The notes beneath the pieces were generated by a model. That model did not search any database, had not been told where the DNA came from, and was given only the letters and a program-made list of their open reading frames with translations. Positions 1 to 13,000 of a stretch of 64,000 nucleotides of DNA are shown in pieces. Where the stretch lies: contig OZ024759.1 of assembly GCA_964016885.1 (NCBI GenBank), positions 32,116,001 through 32,180,000 of the forward strand, written 5' to 3'. The first letter of the stretch is position 1, and each line of letters opens with the position of its first letter. The translations under genes and the position numbers were made by a program. Source of the stretch: Eledone cirrhosa (Eukaryota).

Positions 1-1180
1 AACAGATGAGAAACAAACACCACACAACAACAGATGAGAAACAAACACCACACAACAACAGATGAGAAACAAACATCACACAACAACAGATGTGAAATAG
101 AAACCACACAACAACAGATGTGAAACAGACACCACACAACAACAGATGTGAAACAAACACCACACAACAACAGATGTAAAATAGAAACCATACAACAACA
201 GATGAGAAACAAACATCACACAACAACAGATGTGAAATAGAAACCACACAACAACAGATGTGAAACAGACACCACACAACAACAGATGTGAAACAAACAC
301 CACACAACAACAGATGTGAAACATAGACACCACACAACAATAGATGTGAAACAAACACCACACAACAACAGATGAGAAACATAGATACCACACAACAACA
401 GATGTGAAACAAACACCACACAACAACAGATGAGAAACAGAAACCACACAACAACAGATGAGAAACAAACACCACACAACAACAGATGAGAAACAAACAC
501 CACACAACAACAGATGAGAAACAAACATCACACAACAACAGATGTGAAATAGAAACCACACAACAACAGATGTGAAACAGACACCACACAACAACAGATG
601 TGAAACAAACACCACACAACAACAGATGTAAAATAGAAACCATACAACAACAGATGAGAAACAAACATCACACAACAACAGATGTGAAATAGAAACCACA
701 CAACAACAGATGTGAAACAAACACCACACAACAACAGATGTGAAACATAGACACCACACAACAACAGATGAGAAACAGAAACCACACAACAACAGATGTG
801 AAACAAACACCACACAACAACAGATGTGAAACAAACACCACACAACAACAGATGTGAAACATAGACACCACACAACAACAGATGAGAAACAGAAACCACA
901 CAACAACAGATGTGAAACAAACACCACACAACAACAGATGTGAAACATAGACACCACACAACAATAGATGTGAAACAAACACCACACAACAACAGATGAG
1001 AAACATAGATACCACACAACAACAGATGTGAAACAAACACCACACAACAACAGATGAGAAACATAGACACCACACAACAATAGATGTGAAACAAACACCA
1101 CACAACAACAGATGTGAAACATAGACACCACACAACAATAGATGTGAAACAAACACCACACAACAACAGATGTGAAACAC
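1..1180. repeat. Minisatellite, 28-30 bp unit (ACAACAACAGATGTGAAACAAACACCAC)
   Basis: Tandem unit visible directly, with variants; it explains the Cys/Val-rich ORFs at 76-1300. Confidence 0.95.
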
Positions 1181-1389
1181 AGATGATGATGGTGGTGCTG
1201 ATGATGATGGCGGTGGTGACGATGGTGATGACGATGGTGATGATGGTGGTGTTGTGGATAACGATGATGATGGCGATGGCGACGACGACGGCGACGACAA
1301 TGTTGACGACGATGCTGCTGCTGTTGATTAATTGCTAATTACAACATATCAATTAAATTTCACACTGACACGTGACTTCAAGACAATAA

Positions 1390-1722
1390 AGCAACAACAG
1401 ACAAAAACAAACGACAACGACAACAACAACAACAACAGCAACAACAACAACAGCAACAACAACAACGACAACAGCAACAACGACAACAGCAACAACAACA
1501 ACAACGACAACACAAGCAACATCAACAACAACAACGACATCAACATCAACAACAACAGCAACGACATCAACAACAAACAACAACAACAACAACAACAGCA
1601 ACAACAGTAACAACAACAACAGCAACAACCACAACAACAACAACAGCAACAACAACAACAGCAACACCAACCACAGTAACAACAACAACCACAACCACAG
1701 TAACAACAACAACAACAACAAC
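1390..1722. repeat. (CAA)n-type trinucleotide microsatellite
   Basis: Direct sequence. Confidence 0.95.
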
Positions 1723-1997
1723 ATGGTGGAAGTGTTAATGGTGGTGTAATGGGTGGGTGAGTGGGTCTAGATTTTAATTACAGGGTGTTGGGTAGAATTT
1801 CTGAGTCATACGGGTAGATCGTACATCTATTAAGGGTAGACAGCCACGTATTGTCCTTGTACTGGTTGATTAAAGGGTGGAGTGTACGGGTGATGGTGGT
1901 GGTGGCGGTGTATTGGTACTGGTATTGGTATTTCTGGGGATGGTGAAGGTTGGGGTGGTGGTGGTGGAGGTGTTAATGTGATGATGTACTGGAAGTA

Positions 1998-2036
<39 letters not shown>

Positions 2037-2128
2037 ATATATACACACACACACACACATATATATGAAGTATTTCCGTAGGAAGGGTAAAGGAAAGGAA
2101 AATGCTCTATGTATGCTACAGAGCTATT

Positions 2129-2340
2129 TAATTATGTAATAAACAACATAAGACAATTATTCCATTTACCAAAGGTTTCACGAAGACAGACGAGCTCAAC
2201 AGAGACGTCTGAAATCGCTCATAAGAAAGAATAAATTTTCAATCTGATGATCGATTTCAGACGTCTCTGTTGAGCTCGTCTGTCTTCGTGAAACCTTTGG
2301 TGAATGGAATAATTGTCTTATGTTGTTTATTACATAATTA
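2129..2340. mobile_element. Palindromic PLE-like insert with a decayed hammerhead in each arm
   Basis: ~90-bp inverted arms. The + arm reads CTGATGA(2244)..long stem II..GAAA CCTTTGG TG; the - arm reads CTTATGA..GAAA CCTTTGG TA. Abuts (TA)n. Confidence 0.75.
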
Positions 2341-2351
2341 TATATATATAT

Positions 2352-2555
2352 ATAGGAAACGGTATGACCCCGACGGCAGAGCTCAAGCCGTTTCGACGGC
2401 TATTTCTGGACTAAATTTAGTCCAGAAATAGCCGTCGAAACGGATTGAGCTCTGCCGCCAGGGTCATACCTTTTCCTATTACCCACTCTACTACCCTAAG
2501 TATTGAGTACTCTGGTGCGTTATGGTCCATCTGGTTCCTTACCACAATTCCTTCG

Positions 2556-2559
<4 letters not shown>
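2352..2559 (+). mobile_element. (TA)n-inserted short element, family A, with inverted 5' arm
   Basis: Homologous to 10819, 16311, 16633, 43898 and 62052; inversion centre ~2415; (TA)n on both sides. Confidence 0.85.
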
Positions 2560-2643
<84 letters not shown>

Positions 2644-2845
2644 GATAATAATGGAGCTGCGGCGCTGCAAATGGGTTACATATGAAAAAGTTTGTCCTCA
2701 TCAGTGGCCATCCAACCGTCGTAGGCATTTCGTCGCATTAAAGGCCATATACCTCAGGTTGGTGCGAGCAACGGCTAAAAAAAGTCGTTGGGACACGTAA
2801 ATAAGGGGGACGCTAGGGTAAACGAACAAAATGGTTTAAGCAGCA

Positions 2846-2933
<88 letters not shown>

Positions 2934-3080
2934 CCACCACACGAGGGGAAAGGAAACAAAGATATAAGCAATTACAACAACAACACAGTATAGCCAATAA
3001 ATAACGTTAACGGAAGTATTAATGACCAGGAAGTGACGACATATTTAGAAACATCTACACAGATTTACATATATAGATAT

Positions 3081-3112
<32 letters not shown>

Positions 3113-3321
3113 GTGTGTGTATATGTATATATATACGTATGTATATATATATACATATATATATATACATATATATATACATATATGTATACATATACAT
3201 ATATATACACACACATATATATATATATATATACATATATATATACACATACACAAACTTATACGCGTTTTTTACTTTGTATTGCAGCCGCCATACTGGA
3301 GCACTGTCTCCAGTATATCAG

Positions 3322-3353
<32 letters not shown>

Positions 3354-4127
3354 CATATATACATTTACAGTAGACACATAAACAGACCTCCCACACAAAC
3401 AGACACATACATACAATCAGTTGCATTATTTCACACACACACATAGTGTGACACTCACAGACACACACACACACGTACAGTGACACTCACACATGCACAC
3501 ACACACACACTGACAGAGAATGTGAGAGGGAAGCTACAAATTAGAGGCAATTATGGCTGTCATTACGGTTTATGTCCTTGATGGTTGTGTAAGAGAGTGA
3601 GGGTGAGGGGGAGGGAGGGGAGTAGGACAGAGCGAGAGAGAGGTGGTGGGAGGTGGTGGACAGAGAGAGGAGACTAGAAGAGAGAGTGCGGGGAGAGGAG
3701 GGAGACAGACAGAGAGAGGGAAATAGAGAGGGGGAAGGGAGACAAAGAGAAAGAGAGGAAGGAGACAGAGATGGAAAGAGAGAGAGGGGAGAGGAGGGGA
3801 CAGAGAGGCAGAGAGAGAGGGAAGTGGACAGTGAGAGAAAGAGAGGGAGGGTGTGGGAGTAGGACAGAGCAAGAGAGAGATGGTGGGGGTGGTGATCAGA
3901 GAAAGAGAGAGAGAGGTGGGAGTAGGACAGAGAGGGAAAGAGAGAGAGAGAGAGGAATGGTCGTGGGAGTATGACAGAGGTGGTGGGAGGTGGAGAGGTG
4001 GTGGGAGGTGGAGAGGTGGTGGGAGGTGGAGAGGTGACCATGAGATAAACAGGAAGACTCACCAACGGCATTTTGTACTTACTAGTGGTCACTATCATCT
4101 TTGGTGTTGTTTTTGTTTTAGTCCCAG

Positions 4128-5034
4128 ACATAGTGTATCTAGGACTACATTATCTAATGTACAGTACAGTAGTTAGTATTAGTGGCTATCAGACATAGTG
4201 TATCTAGGACTATACCATCTAATGTACAGTATAGTAGTTAGTATTAGTGGCTATCAGACCTAGTGTATCTAGGACTACATTATCTAATGTACAGTATAGT
4301 AGTTAGTATTAGTAGCTATCAAGCATAGTGTATCTAGGACTACATTATCTAATGTACAGTATAGTAGTTAGTATTAGTGGCTATCAGACCTAGTGTATCT
4401 AGGACTATACCATCTAATGTACAGTATAGTAGTTAGTATTAGTGGCTATCAGACCTAGTGTATCTAGGACTACATTATCTAATGTACAGTACAGTAGTTA
4501 GTATTAGTGGCTATCAGACCTAGTGTATCTAGGACTACATTATCTAATGTACAGTACAGTAGTTAGTATTAGTGTCTATCAGACATAGTGTATCTAGGAC
4601 TACATTATCCAATGTACAGTACAGTAGTTAGTATTAGTGGCTATCAGACCTAGTGTATCTAGGACTACATTATCTAATGTACAGTATAGTAGTTAGTATT
4701 AGTGGCTATCAGACATAGTGTATCTAGGACTACATTATCTAATGTACAGTACAGTAGTTAGTATTAGTGGCTATCAGACATAGTATATCTAGGACTACAT
4801 TATCTAATGTACAGTACAGTAGTTAGTATTAGTGGCTATCAGATATAGTGTATCTAGGACTACATTATCTAATGTACAGTACAGTAGTTAGTATTAGTGG
4901 CTATCAGACCTAGTGTATCTAGGACTACATTATCTAATGTACAGTACAGTAGTTAGTATTAGTGGCTATCAGACATAGTATATCTAGGACTACATTATCT
5001 AATGTACAGTACAGTAGTTAGTATTAGTGGCTAT
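4128..5034. repeat. Minisatellite, 65-bp unit, ~14 copies
   Basis: TAGTGTATCTAGGACTACATTATC recurs at 4131, 4196, 4261 and onward. Confidence 0.95.
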
Positions 5035-5144
5035 AGTTGTTGGTTTTTAACCTCAAGTCAGACCTGATTAGCAGACTAGCTATAAATGCCGTTCCAATAC
5101 TGACCATCTCGTCTTATATTTAGACACTTATCTATCACTAGTGT

Positions 5145-5381
5145 AAGCGGCTGAGTATTCCACAGGTATATGTTCGTTTAATGTGGCTCTCAGGGAGATT
5201 CAACATGCTCACAGTGTCTGACAAAGCTGGTTCTTCGAATCACACATATATCTTGTCTTTTTCTTTTGGCTAACGAAGAAGACTGGAGTAATGTGCAATG
5301 AAGTTTCTTGCTCAAGGATACAACGTACTACCGGGAATCGAACTCACGACCTCAAGATCGTAACCACTGAGCCACGTGCCT
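5145..5381 (-). mobile_element. tRNA-derived SINE (second family)
   Basis: Reverse-complemented A/B boxes (GGCTCAGTGG; GTTCGATTCCC); homologous to 8596-8790. Confidence 0.75.
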
Positions 5382-5919
5382 CGCTGGGGTGAGGAGCTGG
5401 CGGGGGGGATGGGGGAGTGGGGGTGTTGTTGACCATGACACAGTACTTAACATGCAACAAACAAGATGGCAGACATTCAGTGTAAAAATACCTCCCAGCT
5501 AGGAATGTCACGTGACCAGACAATCGTTGGTTTTTTTTGGGTTTTTTTAATTTGTGACCACTGGTCGAATGGTTACTAATGACAACCAGGACATATACGT
5601 CATTTCAAGAGAATGTGTGTGTGTTTGTGTGCATGTGTGTTTGTGTATGTACTCCATGTTTATATATATATATATATATAATTGAAAAAGTGAAGAATAA
5701 CATGCTCAACAGTACAAAAAAGGGATTTATTTTGTACCATGTTATTCTTCACTTTTTCAATGATATTACTCCAAGATAAACTTACATAGGAATACAAGTG
5801 AAATCATGAACCTCTTGTTGAGTCAAACAACGCCGTACGCTAAAACTATCCATAATAAAAAGTATTCACAACCTCTAACTGGATTACCTATAACGATATT
5901 TTGTTATCCCTTATATATA

Positions 5920-6241
5920 TACAATATATTAACAAATGGAAACTATATTTATAAAACCATATTTATTTTATTATACATATTTCAAGGGCCACCAAGGCAA
6001 ATTATGGTGCGCTTTCATCAGATAAAATACAATACAGATTAGTTACAGATTAGTTTTATAAATAAATATTGACATACCCTGAAAAAAGACAACCTTAACG
6101 GTTGGAGCTTCCTGGATATTTATAAATATAGTTTCCATTTGTTAATATATTGTATATTTACTCCACTAATCAGTTGAGTGCTTTATATCAGTTATAACAA
6201 TTTTTAAGCTTGTTGAATCCCAACAAATTAAATATAACCTC

Positions 6242-6245
<4 letters not shown>
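5920..6245. mobile_element. PLE-like family C insert with inversion
   Basis: The - arm carries a hammerhead and the + arm carries the 3' tail; the arms overlap ~40 bp; TA flanks; homologous to 11010, 50995 and 59627. Confidence 0.8.
5964..6029 (-). ncRNA. Type I hammerhead ribozyme
   Basis: Reverse complement: TATTTTAT CTGATGA AAG-C-GCACCA..TGGTGGC-C-CTT GAAA TATGTA TA ATAAAATA. Confidence 0.85.
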
Positions 6246-6332
<87 letters not shown>

Positions 6333-6750
6333 ACTAGCTGAATTACCCGCGCCACGCGTTGCTGCGTTTCACATTTTTTTTGTAAGAAAATGATGATTAA
6401 TTTTAAATCAGTGATATAATTTATGGAGAAAAACTCTGCATTTCAATATTACTCAGAAAAACCCCGTGATAATAGAGGTTCCAATACTCAAGTTATGGGT
6501 TTCCCATTAGGGTGTCTTAATACTATTGAAATTTGTTAAAATTTTGTGAATAGGCATCATATCTTGTCTTTTACCTATGGTTTAAATTTCATATAAATCG
6601 AAGGGAATATATTTTCAGCGGGGGTTTGTACCACCGAGGAACCCTTTGATTAAAATGAAATATACTTATCCAAGTACCCTGGCCAATGTAGTTCCAGAAT
6701 ATATATGGTCATGGGGGTCTATCGCCAAAACCATAGGAGGGGTTCGTGAA

Positions 6751-6787
<37 letters not shown>

Positions 6788-6790
6788 CTC
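6333..6790 (+). mobile_element. Non-autonomous Helitron/Helentron (DINE-1/HINE-like) element
   Basis: Starts ACTAGCTG..TACCCG..GCGTTGC and ends in a microsatellite, as DINE-like elements do; assigned from family resemblance only. Confidence 0.5.
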
Positions 6791-6869
6791 TCCTTATTAT
6801 CCTTGCTCTCATATTTCTCCTTACTCCCCTTTTCTCATTGTATTTGTATATGAACAATTACATAGATAC

Positions 6870-7235
6870 AAGGAGAAAGGAGAGCAAGGAGAAAAGGAGA
6901 GCAAGGAGAACAATGAGAAAAGGAGAGGAAGGAGAAAGGAGAACAAGGAGAGCAATGAGGAAAGCAGAGGAAGGAGAAAGGAGAGCAATGAGAAAAGGAG
7001 AGGAAGGAGAAAGGAGAGCAATGAGAAAAGGAGAGGCAGGAGAAAGGAGAGCAAGGATAAGAGGAGAGCAAGGGTAAAAGGAGAGCAAGGATGAAAGGAG
7101 AGGAAGGAGAAAAGGAGAGCAATGAGAAAAGCAGAGCCAGGAGAAAGGAGAGCAAGGAGTGGAAGGAGAAAAGGAGAGGAAGGAGAAAGGAGAATAATGA
7201 AAAAAGGAGAGCAGCGAGAGCAATGAGAAAGGGAG
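6870..7235. repeat. Purine-rich degenerate minisatellite (~33-bp period)
   Basis: GGAGAGCAATGAGAAAAGGAGAGGAAGGAGAAA repeats. Confidence 0.85.
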
Positions 7236-7374
7236 AGGTTAAAGCAAATATTCCTCAAGTTGTGCTGGAAGCAGACAAAGGTGAAGAGGAGGAAGAAGAA
7301 AAAAAATCAACTGAAGATGTACACATATACACCACAATGACTTTTCTTCCTTTACAAACATCGAGTTTTTGTCT

Positions 7375-7652
7375 TTTGTAACTCCCGGTACAAACATTTC
7401 TTCACGACATTTTCTATCAACACCAATTTCCTCAACAAAGACCCTTCAACATGGAAGGGTGATCCTGGTTACAAAAGTGGACTTGAAAAACTTGAGAAAT
7501 CAGTTGTTGCAGAAAGAGGTGTCAAACTCATTCAGGATTACAATAACATTCTCACAAAAGACGAAACTGAGAAACAATGTGTTTTAGAGATCGTTACCGA
7601 AAACCGTAAAACATTCCCAACTGCCACTAAATCCTCTCTTATGCTAAAATAA
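7375..7652 (+). pseudogene. C-terminal fragment of a hAT-superfamily (hATm-like) transposase
   Basis: Manual translation 7392-7652: KHFFTTFSINTNFLNKDPSTWKGDPGY..SVVAERGVKLIQDYNNILTKDETEKQ..NRKTFP..stop. Frameshift near 7390; this frame is missing from the ORF track. Confidence 0.7.
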
Positions 7653-7685
7653 TGCGTATACTATGTTCCAGCTTAAAGGCGTTTG

Positions 7686-7806
7686 AGGGTCGCCCAAAGG
7701 TTGTCCGATTGAGCTGAAATTTTACACACCCCGTGATTTTGTTGATTGGAACAGGATCAGCGAGTGGGAGCAGCTTTGGGAAAATTACGTATTGCTAAGG
7801 GCGACC

Positions 7807-7809
<3 letters not shown>
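7686..7809 (+). mobile_element. Right end of the same transposon (TIR and inverted subterminal copy)
   Basis: AGGGTCGCCC at 7686 and GGGCGACCCTA at 7799-7809. Confidence 0.6.
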
Positions 7810-7892
<83 letters not shown>

Positions 7893-7985
7893 GTGCTAAA
7901 GAGACTATATACATAAGTATGGAGCAGAGTCAGTTATATTCGTCGGAGACACATGGCCGATTGTTTCATTCTAATCTACCAGCAT

Positions 7986-8370
7986 CACCACACCACACCA
8001 CACCACACCATACCACACCACACCATACCACACCACACCACACCACACCCCACCACACCATACCCCACCACACCACACCACACCACACCATACCACACCA
8101 CACCACACCCCACCACACCATACCCCACCACACCACACCACACCACAACATACCACACCACACCACACCACACCACAATACCACACCACAACATACCACA
8201 CCACACCCCACCACACCCCACCATACCACAACATACCACACCACACCACACAAAACCACACCACACCACACCACACCACACCACACCAAACCACACACTA
8301 CACCACACCATACCACACCACACACCATACCACACCACACCACCACTACTCCACACCACACCACACACCA
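7986..8370. repeat. (CACCA)n pentanucleotide repeat
   Basis: Direct sequence. Confidence 0.95.
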
Positions 8371-8595
8371 CCTACATCACTACCACCACTACTCCATTCA
8401 ACACCCTTACCACCAGTTAACATACACACAAACACACATATGTATTTGTGTGTACACACACATACACACACACATATGTATTTGTGTGTACACACACATA
8501 CACACACACACACATAAGCACACTCATATATGCACACAACTATGAGTGTTCCACTTGTTTGATTAAGAGACCAGCGTGTTCGTGTGATTACTCTG

Positions 8596-8790
8596 TAAGT
8601 GCCTGAGCATTCCACTAGCATTTGTACCCTTAATACAGTTCTCAGGGAGATTCAGTGTGACAAGTCTGGTCCTTTGAATTACAGGACCAACTATTATTTT
8701 TTACCAGCTGAATTGACTGGAGCAACATGAAATAAAGTGTCTTGTTCAAGGACACAACGTAAAGCCGATCACTATAACCACTAAACCACC
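8596..8790 (-). mobile_element. tRNA-derived SINE (second family)
   Basis: Shares CTCAGGGAGATTCA and GACTGGAG..CTTG.TCAAGGA.ACAACG with 5145-5381. Confidence 0.75.
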
Positions 8791-9260
8791 TTCCTACATA
8801 CTATAGAGAGCTAAACACTATAACCACTAAACCACCTTCCTACATACTATAGAGAGCTAAACACTATAACCACTAAACCACCTTCCTACATACTATAGAG
8901 AGCTAAACACTATAACCACTAAACCACCTTCCTTCATACTATAGAGAGCTAAACACTATAACCACTAAACCACCTTCCTTCATACTATAGAGAGCTAAAC
9001 ACTATAACCACTAAACCACCTTCCTTCATACTATAGAGAGCTAAACACTATAACCACTAAACCACCTTCCTTCATACTATAGAGAGCTAAACACTATAAC
9101 TACTAAACCAGCTTCCTACATACTATAGAGAGCTAAACACTATAACCACTAAACCACCTTCCTTCATACTATAGAGAGCTAAACACTATAACCACTAAAC
9201 CAGCTTCCTACATACTATAGAGAGCTAAACACTATAACCACTAAACCACCTTCCTACATA
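8771..9260. repeat. Minisatellite, 46-bp unit, ~10.5 copies
   Basis: Unit ACTATAACCACTAAACCACCTTCCTACATACTATAGAGAGCTAAAC. Confidence 0.95.
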
Positions 9261-9336
9261 AATACACACACACACGCTTGTTTGTTTTGTAACATCTGTT
9301 AGGAAATGTTTCTATTATGGAGTGCCTTTGTGTGCA

Positions 9337-9369
<33 letters not shown>

Positions 9370-9381
9370 ATATATATATGT

Positions 9382-9415
<34 letters not shown>

Positions 9416-9522
9416 ATAATGTGTGTTTGTGTGTGTGTGTATTCGTGTATATATATATATAATTATATATGCATGTTTATATGTTTGTGTGTGTGTATTC
9501 GTGTATATATATATATAATTAT

Positions 9523-9712
9523 AGGGCGGTGGATTGGCAGTATCGGTAGAGGATCGGACGCCATGCTTTCCAGCATAGTTACGTCCCTTTACGATCTGAG
9601 TTCAAATCCCGCCGAGGTTGACTTTGCCTTTCATCCTTACGGGGTCGATAAAATAAAGTACCAGTAATGCACTGGGTAATTGCTGGCCTTGTGCCTAAAG
9701 TAGAAACAATTA
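9523..9712 (+). mobile_element. tRNA-derived SINE, main family
   Basis: B box GAGTTCAAATCC, then the conserved core GAGGTTGACTTTGCCTTTCATCC..GGTCGATAAAATAAAGTACCAG; about 10 copies in the window. Confidence 0.9.
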
Positions 9713-10260
9713 TATATATATAATTATATATGCATGTATGTATGTTTGTGTGTATGTATTCGTTTATATATATATATATATATATAATTATATATGCATG
9801 TATGTATGTTTGTGTGTGTGTGTATTCGTGTGTGTATATATATATATATATATGTATATAATTATATATGCATGTATGTATATTTGTGTGTGTGTATTCG
9901 TGTATATATATCTGTGAGTGTGCGTATATATGTGTTTGTATTGGTGTGTGTGTATATAGATATATATATATATATATATATGTGTGTGTCTGTCTGTCTG
10001 TCTTCGGCTTATCAACACCCAAGACATATAATTACTTTCCCTGCCACACCCCGCCGCGCCCCGCCATACCCCACCCCGCCCCGCTCCGCCCCACCCTACA
10101 TGTTTTAGGAAATGACCAAATAAATAAATTGATTAATAAGCTAGATAAATAAATAAATAAATGTTAAAAAAAAACCTCAGAAAATAATTAAAAAGATATA
10201 AATATACAAAAATATATGAAGAGAAACAGAGAGAGAGAGAGGGAGAGAGAAACAGAGAGA

Positions 10261-10315
<55 letters not shown>

Positions 10316-10663
10316 CGGAAGAAGGGATATAGATAGAGAGAGGGCGAGAGAGAGAGAGATGTAAAGATAGAGAGAAAGATAGAGGGAGAGAGATGAAGAT
10401 AGGGACAGCGGAAGAGGTGATAGAGATAGAGGGAGAGAGAGAGAGAGGGGTAAAGAGAGAGAAAGGAGAGTGAGAGAGACAGGAGAGAGAGAGAGAGGTA
10501 AAGAGAGATAGACATAGAGAGAGTTGAAGTTAGAGATACAGAGAGTATAAAAGGAGTTAGTTTAAGACACAATGTAATTAATTGTTCTATCCCAGAGTTT
10601 AGTAATCACCACAAAATGGCGGATACTAGAATACTTTGCTCCATTTGTCCTGAATTTTTGAGT

Positions 10664-10735
10664 CCTGAGTTCAAATCCCACCAAGGTCAACTTTGCCTTT
10701 CATTCTTTCGAGGTCGATAAATAAAGTACCAAATT
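10664..10735 (+). mobile_element. SINE main family, partial
   Basis: B box and core. Confidence 0.8.
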
Positions 10736-10751
10736 CAGCACTAACTATATA

Positions 10752-10818
<67 letters not shown>

Positions 10819-10823
<5 letters not shown>

Positions 10824-10993
10824 AAATTAGTCAGGACCCCGACGGCTAGATCCCCGAACTCTAGCTGTCGAAACGGCCGGAGCTCATCCGTCGGGGTCCC
10901 GACTATTTTCCTATTAGCCACTCTACTACCCTAAGTATCGAGTACTCTGGTGCGTTATGGTCCACCTGGTACCTTACCATACTTCCTTCGTTA
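10819..10993 (+). mobile_element. Family A (TA)n insert with inverted 5' arm
   Basis: Diverged homolog of 2352; hairpin GACGGCTAGA/TCTAGCTGTC followed by GAAA CGGCCG. Confidence 0.8.
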
Positions 10994-11009
10994 TATATAT
11001 ATATATAAA

Positions 11010-11282
11010 AGTAGAAGGGGTATTTAATTTGTTGGAAGTCCGACAAATATAAATGTTTATAACTGATTTAGAGCACTCAACAGTTACTGGAGTAAATATT
11101 GAATCCAGTGAATATCCAACCGATAAGGTATGATTTTCATGGGTATGTCTCTATTTATAAAACAAACTTTGTATTTTATCTGATGAAAGCGTACCAATGT
11201 GTCTTGGTACCCTTGAAATATATATAATAAAATAAATATGGTTTTATAAATATAGTTTCCATTTATTTAATATCATTGTATA
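11010..11282. mobile_element. PLE-like family C insert with inversion
   Basis: 3' tail on - strand, hammerhead on + strand, TA flanks. Confidence 0.8.
11172..11234 (+). ncRNA. Type I hammerhead ribozyme
   Basis: TATTTTAT CTGATGA AAG-C-GTACCAA tgtgtc TTGGTAC-C-CTT GAAA TATATA TA ATAAAATA: 8-bp stem I, intact core, AUA site. Confidence 0.9.
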
Positions 11283-11310
11283 TATATATATACATATATA
11301 TACATACACA

Positions 11311-11409
11311 CACGAGGGTTGGCTGAACAGTTCACAGGCCGACCAAGATACTCTCATGGAATGACCAAATAAGGTTTATTTTACATGAAGTTTTCAGCCG
11401 ACCTTCGTG
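11311..11409. mobile_element. Mariner-type MITE
   Basis: TIRs CACGAGGGTTGGCTGAA / TTCAGCCGACCTTCGTG; further ends at 11991-12038 and 51441-51487. Confidence 0.7.
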
Positions 11410-11538
11410 TGTGAATATAAATGTATATATATGTGAATCCATACGTACATATATATATGTGTGCATGTATGTATGTATATATATATATACATGCTACTGT
11501 GCGTCTGTATACATATATGTATGTACGTGTACATACTT

Positions 11539-11566
<28 letters not shown>

Positions 11567-11569
<3 letters not shown>

Positions 11570-11965
11570 GTCAGGTCGCTCTTCAGCGCTACTGGTAACA
11601 TGTAACCCAGTACAACCTGTACATGGTCGTGTAGTCGGCGACTAAACCGGCAACCCCACCAAGCTTCCTTGGAGAGGAGGGTGATTTTGGACACCCTGCG
11701 AGATGAAAATCAAGACTCGTCAAAGGGTGGGGGAACTCAGGAGAGTCAACGGCCATCCAATAAAGATTTCTTGTTTTTGTGGAGCGAGAGACCCCTAGTC
11801 TTCATTAAGACGTCTCTCTAGGAGAAGGTCACCTCTGATGTAAAACCTGCGACTTCGTTTGCATCCAATGACGTAGACCAGTTCTAGTTTTGAGGTAAAT
11901 GCATTTGATGTTCAGAGAGTGGGACTGGCCCCGTGCAAAGCCTTTCCTCACTTAAAAAAGCTTCA
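11567..11965 (+). mobile_element. RTE-like non-autonomous element, diverged partial copy
   Basis: Homologous to 34623-35237 and 57658-58269. Confidence 0.7.
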
Positions 11966-12172
11966 AGATTATACCTCATTTGGTTATTCTATGAGAGTAT
12001 CTTCGTCAGCCTATGAACTTTTCAGCCGACCTTTGTACTGTGTTCTGTGTGCTGATATATATTATATTGAAACATTAAATTAAAAAAAAAAAAGATTCAT
12101 TTTCCCGCCAAATAATTCGAAAATATTTGCGAAAAGTACGTGGATAAGTTTTTAGAAACTTCCATTACTTTG

Positions 12173-12245
<73 letters not shown>

Positions 12246-12670
12246 CTCCGACGTCTGGCAACTGACTTGGTAAACACCTACAAGATTATTAACCATCTTT
12301 CCAACAACAACCCTGAGCATCTTTTTGATCTCCATGTGTCTAACACCCGAGGACATGCCTACAGAATCAGAAAACAGCACAGCTCCCATGACTTTCGGAA
12401 ATATATATTTTCACACTCAGAGTTGCTGAAGCATATAACAAACTACCTGCAGCAGTTGTTAGCTGCTGGGACACTACATCCTTCAAAACTTCCATGCTTC
12501 CTGAGATTCGCCAACACTACACCTGATATTCCGCCTCCATACACATACACACATGGAAATCATTACTAATACACTGTTCATTTTCCTGACAATTGTACAT
12601 TAGTCTCTGTACTATACATGCACCGTTGATGAGTTGTAGTGCACCTGAGCACTGTACACAATAATTTTCA
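12246..12670 (+). mobile_element. CR1/L2-group LINE 3' fragment (ORF2 C-terminus and 3' UTR)
   Basis: LRRLATDLVNTYKII..TRGHAYRIRKQ..FRKY, frameshift, then FTLRVAEAYNKLP; matches the CR1-type TRGH..RV..WN.LP terminus. Confidence 0.85.
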
Positions 12671-12672
12671 TT

Positions 12673-13000
12673 ATTGGCAGTATCGGAAGAGGGTCGGATG
12701 CCACGCTTTGACGCATAGAGTTACGGCCCATGCCATTCTGAGTTCAAATCCCGCCGAAGTTAACTTTGCCTTTCATCCTTACGGGGTCAATAAAATAAAG
12801 TATCAGTAATACACTGGGGTAATAGCTGGTCTTGTGCCAAAAGTAGAAACAATTATTATATGTAACGGCCCTTGCCAATCTGAGTTCAAATCCCACCGAG
12901 GTTAACTTTGCCTTTCATCCTTACGGGGTCGATAAAATAAAGAACCAGTAATGCACTGGTTAATTGCTGGCCTGGTGCCAAACGTAGAAACAATTATTAT
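12673..13000 (+). mobile_element. Tandem pair of main-family SINEs
   Basis: Full copy at 12673-12858 followed by a 5'-truncated copy at 12866-13000. Confidence 0.9.

Noticed and set aside
2690-2735. Possible type II hammerhead on the - strand (GAAA..CTGATGA)
   Set aside because: Stem II and stem III pairings cannot be formed
4128-5034. CRISPR-like regular arrays (also 8771, 40266, 44892)
   Set aside because: Head-to-tail units with no unique spacers, no cas genes, eukaryotic context
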